Shown one piece after another: positions 53,937-64,000 of a stretch of DNA of 64,000 bases. The notes below the pieces were generated by a model. The model searched no databases. It was not told the origin of the DNA and saw nothing but the letters and a program-made list of their open reading frames with translations. Origin of the DNA: the human T2T-CHM13v2.0 reference genome, Homo sapiens; assembly GCF_009914755.1 (NCBI RefSeq), contig NC_060947.1; one strand, 5' to 3'. The position numbers and the translations under genes were made by a program. How positions within the stretch are numbered: the first letter of the stretch is position 1; each line of letters starts with the position of its first letter.

Positions 53937-55409
53937 TGTGTCCGGAATTGGTGGGTTCTTGGTCTCACTGACTTCAAGAATGAAGCCGTGGACCCTCGCA
54001 GTGAGTCTCACAGTTCTTAAGGGCAGCGTGGCCGGAGTTTGTTCCTTCTGATGTTCGGATGTGTTCGGAGTTTCTTCCTTCTGATGGGTTCGTGGTCTCG
54101 CTAGCTCAGAAGTGAAGCTGCAGACCTTCACAGTGAGTGTTATAGCTCTTAAGGCGGTGCATCTGGAGTTGTTCATTCCTCCTGTCCGAAGTTGTTCATT
54201 CCTCCCGGTGGGTTCGTGGTCTTGCTGGCCTCAAGAGAGAAACTGCAGACCTTCATGGTGAGTGTTATAGCTCATAAAGGCAGTGTGGACCCAAAAAGTG
54301 AGCAGCAGCAAGATTTATTGCAAAGAGCGAAAGAACAAAGCTTCCACAGTGCGGTAGGGGACCTGAGCGGGTTGCCGCTGCTGGGTCAGGCAGCCTGCTT
54401 TTATTCTCTTATCTGGCCCCACCCACATCCTGCTGGTTGGTCCATTTTACAGAGCGCCAATTGGTCTGTTTTACAGAGAGCTGATTGGTCCATTTTGACA
54501 GGGTGCTGACTGATGCATTTACAATCCCTGAGCTAGACAAAAAAGTTCTCCACGTCCCCACTAGATTAACTAGCTACAGAGTGCCAATTGGTGCATTCAC
54601 AAACCCTGAGCTAGACACAGGGTGCTGATTGGTGTGTTTACAAACCTTAAGCTAGATACAGAGTGCTGATTGGTGTATTTACAATCCCTTAGCTAGACAT
54701 AAAGGTTCTCCAAGTCCCCACCAGATTAACTAGATACAGAGTGTCGATTGGTGTATTTACAAACCCTGAGCTAGACACAGGGTGCTGATTGGTGTGTTTA
54801 CAAACCTTGAGCTAGATACAGGGTGCTGACATAAAGATTCTCCAAGTCCCCACCAGACTCAGGAGCCCAGCTGGCTTCACCTAGTGGATCCCACACTGGG
54901 GCCGCACATGGGGCTGCCTGCCAGTCCCATGCCGTGCGCCCACACTCCTTAGCCCTTGGGCGGTTGATGGGACTGGGCACCGTGGAGCAGGGGGCAGTGC
55001 TCGTCGGGGAGACTCAGTCATGGCGGGCTGCAGGTCCTGAGCCCTGACCTGTGGGGAGGCAGCTAAGGCCTGGTGAGAAATCGAGCGCCGGTGGGCCAGC
55101 ACTGCTGGGGGACCCTGCACATCCTCCGCAGCTGCTGTCCCAGGTGCTAAGCCCCTCGCTGCCTGGGGCTGGCAGGGCCGGCCGCTCCGAGAGCGGGGCC
55201 CGCCAAGCCCACGCCCACCCAGAACTCTAGCTGGCCCGCAAGCGCCACTCGCAGCCCCAGTTCCCACCTGTGCCTCTCCCTCCACACCTCCTCACAAGCC
55301 AAGGGAGGCGGCTCTGGCCTTGGCCAGACCAGAGAATGGGCACCGAGGCCGAGGAGGCACCGAGAGTGAGCGAGGGCTGCGAGGGCTGCCAGCACGCTGT
55401 CACCTCTCA
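53937..55409 (-). mobile_element. LTR12C-type (ERV9) solo LTR, 1473 bp
   Basis: Reverse complement starts TGAGAGGTGACAGCGTGCTGGC and ends CCAATTCCGGACACA; tandem CCAAT-containing enhancer repeats; 4-bp TSD GTAG at 53933-53936 and 55410-55413. Confidence 0.95.
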
Positions 55410-55900
55410 GTAGCACAATTAAAATGTAGCAGCCAGTTATTTCACAGAATGTCCCTCCATTTGAGTTTGTCTGCTATTTCCTCCTGATTGTATCTGGACT
55501 GCACATATTTTCCAGAATTAGTGCAAAAGTGAGGCCCTGTTCTTTTCTTCACATTCTGCCACATTCTAAGCAAATGATTTTCAATTTGTCCTATTATTGA
55601 TGAGGATTTGATTAAAATGTTCCCCAATTTTAACACTCTTAAACCATATGAAATCTTTACTTGATGCTAGCTCAATTAGCAGCTAAGACTAGATTCTATA
55701 ATAAAATAATTCTGTCAAAATTTTAGACATGAGAAACATCAGTTCCTCTTTTAACATATGACAAGTACTCCTAATGTCTAGAATGTAGAATGACCACTTA
55801 TTCGTCTGTCATGTAGATTCCACTATTAATTTTGAAATCCATACGGCATTTTATAGGAAATTGAATAAAACTCAAATGTTTCTGATTAAATTTTGCTTAC

Positions 55901-55994
55901 CTCTTGAATCTTTTCTTTCCTGAAAACTCATCAAACTGAAATGCCTTTGTAAGAACTTCTTGATTGTGTCTTTTGGAAAATAGAAAGCCACATT
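55901..55994 (-). pseudogene. Candidate SYCP3/FAM9-like internal exon (SYCP3 exon 5 homologue)
   Basis: On the minus strand: TCTTTTTACAG | 94 nt | GTAAGC. The phase 1-to-2 frame is open: CGFLFSKRHNQEVLTKAFQFDEFSGKKRFK(R/S), against SYCP3 ALLAKRKRLEMYTKASL…QQDQR. Confidence 0.45.
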
Positions 55995-56239
55995 CTGTAA
56001 AAAGATATAAACAACATTACTTTCTCAAAAACTCTAATTCAATATATAAATAGTATACCTTCACATTCATGAATCCTACTGTGTTCAAAGTTTACTAGTT
56101 TTCTAGTTATTCCTTTATTCATATTTATGTAGAATATTTCAGAATAAGTAATATTTAATTTTAAAGAATATGTTTCACAAGGTATTTTCTGATGTTTTAA
56201 ACTTGTTTTATCAACAGAAGATACATGCTCAGAGTAAAT

Positions 56240-56480
56240 TGTGTGTTTTCAACCTCAGCGCTACTGAAATGTGTGTTGGATTGTTTTTGTTGCGAGAGGG
56301 CTGTCCTCTGCATCACAGGATGTTTAGCAGAATCTCTGGCATCTACCCACTAAATGCCAGTCTCACCCCCACCCTCAATCCTGACAAACAAAAATATCTC
56401 CAAACATTGTCAAATGTCCCCTTCTGGGTTATGTGGGTGGGGTGTGTGTGTGTAAAATTGCCACTGGTTGAGAACAACTG
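56240..56480 (+). mobile_element. MER20 hAT-Charlie MITE
   Basis: TTTTCAACCTCAGC…GGCTGTCCT…GGATGTTTAGCAG…GGTTGAGAACAACTG. Confidence 0.85.
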
Positions 56481-59400
56481 AAGCAAATTTTAGAATATTT
56501 ATGTAATTTTAAAGACTTCCAATTTAGTAACTATAGAAGTAATTATAGATTATAACAGATTTCTAGTGGAGTAGAATTGTCAACATTTACATTATTAGAA
56601 GTTTGAGTTGTTATAAATTTCAAAGAAAAGACCAGATAGGGTTACATTTTAAATATTTCTGAAGGTGTGTTTTTACAGCATAATATATATTAAAATAGAT
56701 GATATAGGACTAAGTGTTATTGTTAAATTCAATCATAGTTTGGACAAAATGTAGTCCTTTTTCATGTCAGTTAAGCAAGTTGACTTATCTATGAATAGAT
56801 TTTGATAGGATTTCTTGTCAAATGAAAGAATGAATCCTGGAACAGCAGTCATCAAGATTGCAGTTGTTATAACTGGTCAAAAAAGCACTCATTCCTGATA
56901 AGGATTTTTTTGTGGGAATATATATATTTTTTTACTCTAGCCAGTTTACAGTCAAATCAAGACCTGCTACAGCTATATTTTAATGTGCCAAGTTCATATA
57001 TTTTTTTCAATCCTTTTCTATTAGATTGCCACTGTGCATATTGAATTGTAAGTAACTGCAAATAATTTGATATGGGTTTATATTAACTACAAATATCCTC
57101 CTTCTGGCAAACAAAATATTTTTACTAAATTTTCTGTAGGTGGTAGGGAGAATTGGGAAACAATTTCACACAATATCTACTGGGTTCTTGGTTAGGTCAA
57201 AAATTCAGCATAAGCAACACCAGGTGCTTAGAAAGGATTGCAAAAAAACATATTTGATGTGTTTTTTTTGTCCATTTTGCAGGTATTTGTTTTATTACTG
57301 CTATTGAAATGCTTTTAGAAATATTTTCTGGCAAAGCAAACATTTATTTTGGAAACATTTACTTGGCTTCTAAGGTTGCTATTATTCAATTGTTTGCTTA
57401 ATCAAGGGGAAAAATGTTTGGGAGGTACCTGATGGTTCTTTTATTTCCTCTGAGAACAAATCTGTGGTGTTATGTGAGTGTTAAAATGGTTCAGGAATCA
57501 AATAAATATCTGAAGGAGTTAGAATAAGCCAATCTGTTTGACACAGGAAGGAGACAGGTCCTGGCAGAGGGTTAAGAATTTAAAAAAAAAAAAAAAAATA
57601 AAAAGAAAACAAAAAACTTGAAGGTGAAAATTGGGTGACAACCACAGACAGAGACTAAAGGAAATTAGCAGCAGAAGGAGCTTCAAGGGAATATGGAATT
57701 TCCCTTTGTTCTAGGTTTCTGTTTTCTGCATTTTTTTTTCCTCTGGCCGACCTTACTGTCAGAAGCTATCATGAAAAGTCAGAAGCTAAGAGTGTGATGT
57801 AGGTCATGGTTAGGCATGAATCTAAGTTTCTGCTAAACCGGATTTATGAATAAAGGAGAATTTGTCTTACAGACAAGAAAAAAATCAACTTAATAGATTC
57901 TATGGCATGTCTAGAGAAAAGAAAATTTAGCAATTGCTATCTATCAATATATGGCAAGCTGAGCATAAAAGCCAGGAGGTAAGGGGTAGTGAATTGAAAC
58001 CCATGAGCAAGATATAAGTGTTGGTAGTCCCTGAAGGACAAGGAAAACAGCGTGATGAATTCTGAGTGACAAAGACTGGGAGGGTTTTCCATTTGGGGTT
58101 GGATTTCTTGTTTCTGCTGCTACGTAAATCAACACATATGGAGTGACAAAACTCAGTACAGCAAAGGCCAGGAGAAAAAGACATATTCCATCTAGAGACA
58201 TATTGTAGAGATGTGGGGAAAAATACAAAGTTTTATTTTGTTAATAATCTTTATTGCTCATGCAGTTGACACACACACACAAAAAAATCACCTTCTACCC
58301 ACAGCATCTCGGCATCAATTTGTGGAGTCTGACAAGGAAACCCAGGTTATATACAAGTATGGGTCTTAATACCTATATATTTTATTAGCTTTACTCAGAA
58401 AATTAACAAAACTTCCACTTTGAGAAGCTTCCATCTTATGACCTGGAGAGACATAAATATAATTAGTAAACTTTTGTTTCCAAAGCAAGATTGGTTGTGC
58501 TGCCCTTCCCTCCATCCTTTGAAAGAACAATCTGTTTCCCCCCATTTTGCTGTTTTCCTTTTAATTTCCCTGCTCTTCTCTGGATGTCTCTAAACCTGCG
58601 TTCATCTCTGTTCTCTTCTGATCCAGCTGGATGTCTTGGTTTCAGGGCCTTCTTATACTTTTGACCTTGTTTACAGCCCTCACTTGGCTGGATGTAATTA
58701 GCTTCTCACCTGTGTCCAGGATTATTTTTTAACCCTTTTCCTGGTCAATTGCCATTTTGTTAGTTCTTTTTCCTTTGACCAGGATCACAAATGCATGGCT
58801 GTGTTTAAGGGAGAGCTGCAGGAGAGAGAAGAGGTGACCTGAAGTCACGTTCTGTTCATTGTAGGAAAAGTAATATGACTGGGATGGTTAGGTCACATGA
58901 TGTTTGAGAACCTAATGTTCCTCATTAGCATCAATTGGATGTTGACCTTGGTTCAAGCTCCTTCTTGTTTCCAATCACATAACCACTGCCCCGAGCTAAA
59001 GACAACATTGGTAGGATACAGATGCTGTGTGAAAAGCCACATGCTGGAACAAGGTTCTGAATCTTTCAGCTGATGTGAGTAATTAATCCAGCTTTTCATT
59101 GGACCATAAAACATGATTTTCCAGGAATACAGGAGAAAGCTCTTCTTTGCTCCTTTTGTTCCTTTATTCTGTTGATCAACCTGCCTCTTCTGTGGCTCAT
59201 AGAATTATTTTATTTTACAGTCATTGTCAGTGCCTTGTGTTTTTCAGAAGTATTATGACAAGCCTAGGGGAAGGTACCAATCAAATGTGGCCATGATCAT
59301 GAATACAAAGAAGTGATTTCTTCTCTTCTTTCTTATGCAACTCAGCAGAAGTACCCTCAGCTTACCTTTGAAAGATCTCTCCTTTTTTTCTGCCTGATGA

Positions 59401-60512
59401 GTGAAAATACTTTGATGACTCCTCATGAATAGCAATGTGCATGATCATTTCACATCCATTTTTGTGTTTCCAGAGCCTTTGTGCAGTATGCACAGGGATA
59501 GATAGTGCTAAAATGATAATGATTGAAATGAAACGAAGCTGAGATTAAATTGCTCTCCATGAAGCTCATGGTATAGCTAAAATTCAGGCTCTGAGAGAAT
59601 GGGTGGCATCTGTCATCATGGAGATTAGTATATCTAATAAAGTTTAAATTCTTGAGGGATTTGTCTTCATTCCAAGCCTTCTATTAGGACTTATTCATAG
59701 GTTGGGAGAAGTTGAGAAGTCTTGTCAACACCACATGAGGAGGGACACAGATGGGTCCTTTCTACCCTGAAATGTTATACATGGGCCCAGCAATAATAAA
59801 TGGCCGTTGCTTTCTAATAGCATTTGAAACCCCAGGTTAAGAAGGAGCTATGCAATACAGGACTGATACAATCAGAATTTTATTACAGAATTTCCATCCT
59901 GGCAATACTATCACCTCAAGCAAGTAATGCAATAGTCACCTGTTTCTTAGATGAATGAGAAGTTCATTCATATGAATAGCTCAGTGCTTTATGTCCGTGG
60001 AACACAAAAAGCTAATGCTTTAAGTTTAACTTTTCTCATATGATGATTGAATATTCTGGCAATTTCTGGTATCTGGAATTATTAAATAATGTATTATGAC
60101 ACAAGATTATTTTAAAATGTCATTGTTATCTTTACCATTTCACATTCAATAAACAATATATCTGAGCCTAACATTTCACATTTCTTTACACTTTCACCAG
60201 CTAAATTTCCTTTAATTCTCACCAAATCCATCAAACTAAATGCGTGTTAACTTGGCTAATAAAAATGTCATGATATTTCTTAAGAAAATGTAGCTATGTG
60301 TGTGTAGATGAAAATGGAGTTCGTTTGTAAATATTGACCCATACAAAGGTAAACACAGGTGTAGATGAAGGATTTATATGGGAGGAAATAAAAGCTGAGA
60401 GTGTGAACAGGTTGTGTTTCAGATGGTACAAATAAAGGAGAAAGAAAGATCAAAAGAAATAGCAACATTCTAAAATAGTGTTCAAGGACCTGGGAAGGAG
60501 TCAAAGGAGAAC

Positions 60513-61899
60513 CAGTGGTTCTCAAACGGGGCTTCAGGGCTCCCTAAGTGGTATTTATATTGGGGTGGGGGCATGCTTGGTTGTCACAATTAGAGGGGGA
60601 TTGCACAGGCAATGGATGGGAGGGTTCTGTTCTACAGAGAAGTATCCATGTCACACATAAGTTTTGAATGACCCCCAGGAAATAGTTGTGTGTCATTCTC
60701 CAACACTAAAAACAAACTTCAGTTTACATAGAAACCCCAGGCATTCTATATATTGTTTTAAAATATACTGCATATTCTAGCAGTGCAACGAGCAAGTAGC
60801 CTGAAGAAATTTGTTTGATTGCTTGTGCACTCCTGCTCTGTGACCCAGGCTGGAGTGCACTGGCACAATCATAGATTGCTGCAGCCTCGAACTCTTAAGC
60901 TAAAGTGATCCTCCCACCTTAGCCTACCAAGTAGTAGCTGGGACTACAGGCAGGCATGTGCCACCAGGCCTGGCTAATGTTTCTAAAAAAAAATTTATAC
61001 AGATGGGCTCTCAGTATGTTGCTCAGGCTGGTCTTGAACTCCTGGTCTCAAGTGATCCCCCCCACCTTGGCCTCTCAAAGTGCTGGGATTGCAGGTGTGA
61101 GCCATCATCCCCAGCCTATTTTGTTGGTTTTTGAGATGGGGTCTTGCTCTATTGCCTAGGCTGGGTGCACAATCATAGCTTATTGCATCCTTTGACTCCT
61201 AGGCTCAAGTGATCCCCCAATCTCAGCCTCCCAAGTAGCTAGGACTACAGGCACACATCATCATGCCTGGCTAATATTTTTTTATTTTTTATAGAGATGG
61301 GGTCTCACTGTGTTGCTCAGTCTAGTATTGAACTCCTGGTGTCAAGTGATTCTCCCATCTTGTCCTCCCGAAGTGCTAGGATTACAGACATGAACCACTG
61401 CACCTGGCCTTGAGGAAATATATTTCACTTTATTTTATTCAGTATGTCATTAAGAGTGTTTTTCTGCTTGAGAAAATCATATCACTTTTGACAGTGCCTC
61501 TTGTTGTTTGAATTGTTGGTCTATATTCATACGTCAGGCTGCAGGTGAAGTTTATGTATTTATGGCACATTTACAACTATGCACAAATACACTTTTGTTT
61601 TCAAAATATCCATTTTAAAAAAAAACATATTATTCATTTGAAGAGATTGTTCTTATTAATAGGAGCAAGCATATAACAACCTTATTCTGCATTCGAGTGC
61701 CATTGTGCCCTAACATTTACATATTTTAAAATGTAACATAAATCATATTGTCTTTATTTCTGCTTTATATTGCAATGGGCCTTATTTCCTGTAATGTTTA
61801 TAATAATACGTGTAGGTCATCTATGCTCCCTCTCGATTCCATTTCAAGAGTTAAAAAGGAATGAGGAAATATTTTTGGTAAGGAGTAAAAGAGCCACTG
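60513..61899 (+). mobile_element. MER20B-like hAT element interrupted by two Alus
   Basis: CAGTGGTTCTCAA start and GAGCCACTG end; internal similarity to MER20B as recalled. Confidence 0.65.
60830..61409 (-). mobile_element. Two tandem AluJ elements (~60830-61117 and ~61127-61409)
   Basis: Two consecutive diverged dimeric Alus with J-type ACAATCATAG…GCAGCCTCGAACTC / GCTCAAGTGATCC. Confidence 0.9.
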
Positions 61900-62164
61900 A
61901 TAAAAAGGCCTACAGGACTTGGGAGGAACTGCAGGGAGTGGAAAAGTCAGATCATTAGCGGAGCTCTAGAAAAAGCATTGGCGCTTAGGCTTCTTAAAAG
62001 ATTCACATGCTGGTGTGGAGAGGAGGGCCTACTAACCAAGGCCTGAGAGAAAGAAGCAGGCTCCAGGAAAGCATAGGAATGGGGCTTCTCTGAGAGGGAC
62101 TGTTAGCAAAATGTTAAGATAAATTTGAAACAAACAAAAGAGATAAGGACTTTTTCTAAACCTG

Positions 62165-62194
62165 AACCGCAATTACTTTTGCACCAACCTAATA
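62165..62194 (-). mobile_element. Solo Hsmar1/MADE1 terminal inverted repeat
   Basis: AACCGCAATTACTTTTGCACCAACCTAA followed by TA; matches the MADE1 terminus. Confidence 0.85.
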
Positions 62195-62404
62195 AAAATC
62201 ACCTATGACGTACCAAGCTGTTTTTTTGCCTCAGATCCAAAGATGACCAAGACAGATCCCTCCAAGAAGGGTGTATATCCTAGTGTGAGTGAACTACACA
62301 AACATGACACAGGAAAAGACAACTGGTTCCCAAGGTTAAGAGTGCAATTCACTTTTGTGAAAAACATGCCTGAGAGTGTTGCTAGAGGTTCTCATTCTGT
62401 TTTT

Positions 62405-63250
62405 TTAAATATTTTTAAAAAATCCATGTTTAAATTGACAAATAAAAATTGTATGTATGTTATCATGTACAACATGTTGTTTTGAAATATGTATACAATG
62501 TGGAATGGCTAACTCAAGCTAATTAAGATATGTATGATCTCACATACTTATTTTTTTGTGGTAAGAACACTTAAAATCTATTCTCTCAGTGATTTTCAAG
62601 TATGCAGTACATTGTTATATAGTGAGCATGATGTACAGTAGGTCTCTTATTCCTCCTGCCTAACTGAAATTTTGAATCCTTTGACCAACATCTCCCCAAC
62701 CCAAACCCTATCTTCCCCTTAACCACTAATAATGACCACTCTACTCTCTACTTCTATGAGTTCAACTTTTTAAAGATTCCATACATAAGTGAAACCATTC
62801 AGTATTTGTCCTTTTGTGCTTGGCTAATTTCACTTAGCAAAATGCCCTCCAGATTCATCCATATTGTTGCACATTACAGACATTTCCTCTTTTTTTAAGG
62901 CTGAATCAGAATTTCATTACAGAATTACCCCATTGTGTATATATACACAATATATACACAACATATTGTAGATATATACACAATATATACACAACATATT
63001 GTATATATATACACAATATATGCACAACATATTGTATATATACACAATACTCCATTGAGAAAAATCACATCACATCCATTGTGTATGTATACCACATTTT
63101 CCTTATATGTTCATTTACTGATAGACACATAAGTTGATTCTATATCTTGGCTATTGTGAAAAACGTGGAAATGAACATGGGAGGGCAGATATTTCTTTGA
63201 CATACTGATTTTACCTCCTTTCAATATACATCCACTAGTGGGATTGATGG
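62405..63250 (-). mobile_element. L1MA-like 3' fragment
   Basis: L1M 3' UTR motifs (GAACACTTAAAATCTA, ACTCTACTTCTATGAGTTCAAC, GGCTATTGTGAA). Confidence 0.85.
62932..63048. repeat. 33-bp AT-rich minisatellite (~3.5 copies) inside the L1
   Basis: Unit ATTGTATATATATACACAATATATACACAACAT. Confidence 0.9.
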
Positions 63251-64000
63251 TTAAGTTTCTAATTCTCAAAAGATTAAGATAACCTTTATAAATGTCTGGA
63301 AAAGTTTACATATATTTATAATTACATATAAATATATGGGATAATTATATATAAGTATATAATTATGACAGAAAATGAATCTTTTTCTCCTATTTAAATG
63401 CTTAAAAATCATTCACCTCAAGAAGATCAGATACTTATCTATTTTTTTCTCCTATGGGTCATAGTTTTAATTAAATTCTCTAAACAATTTTGGGCTTAAA
63501 ATTTGTGTTTGATATGATATAAAACTCTAAATCTGTTTATTTTACCCAAAATTTTAACCAAGTTTCCTGGTAACGTCTATTGCAAAATTCTTTCTCTCTC
63601 GACTAGGGTAGTTTAATTAATCCCCACCTCCTACACTGAGTTATATTTAATGTATACTTCCAGTTTCACAGAGCCTAAACTTTATTCTTAATGAGAATCA
63701 GTGATTAACCTAGTATGATCCTACCAAGTAAGTTAGAATATTATGTTGCCTGCCTGAAATACATTTTTTATATTGAACACAGAATAATAGATTTATGCTA
63801 TTTGCCTAAAAAGTATTTTCTCTGCTTCCATTTAATAAATAGTGGACAGATATTTAGATAACATATTTCGAAGGTACACCAAATTATTAGATTACCATGA
63901 TAGCCACATGATTTCACTTGGCTTTAGGTTGATTGCACTGTTTTTTGTTTTTTCTTTTTAAAACCTCCATCATCCTTATTGCGAGTTGAAATTCTTCTTG

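Noticed and set aside
54480-54860. CRISPR-like or novel repeat array
   Set aside because: These are the standard LTR12 U3 enhancer tandem repeats in eukaryotic DNA.
58520-58750. Minus-strand GSEE motif resembling SYCP3 exon 2
   Set aside because: The region is better explained as a decayed L2 fragment.
59365-59393. Minus-strand micro-exon candidate (CAG|GCAGAAA…AAAG|GTAAGC)
   Set aside because: The splice signals are plausible, but it is too short and shows no recognisable homology.

Overview
This is primate (human or great-ape type) genomic DNA, dense in repeats, and I found no intact protein-coding gene. The long ORFs in the track come from transposons or low-complexity sequence. Repeats include an internally deleted HERV-L provirus with MLT2A1-type LTRs (26.5-31.6 kb), a solo LTR12C, a solo MER9, an LTR8/LTR9 cluster, MER65, MER66, LTR16 and several MaLR LTRs. 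There is also a 5'-inverted (twin-primed) L1PA, older L1s, Alus and hAT/mariner relics. Two signals stand out, and neither appears in the ORF track. First, decayed exons of an intron-containing SYCP3/FAM9 (Cor1/Xlr family) paralogue: the last two exons on + at 25.7-26.3 kb, and a possible internal exon on - at 55.9 kb. This hints at an X-linked FAM9-type locus, which I have not verified. Second, a single TSD-bounded retrotransposition product at 38.2-38.6 kb, in which an L1 3' end is fused in opposite orientation to the 5' exon of the intron-containing tRNA-Ile(UAU). Repeat subfamily names and reference protein/RNA comparisons are from recall and need confirming with RepeatMasker/BLAST.
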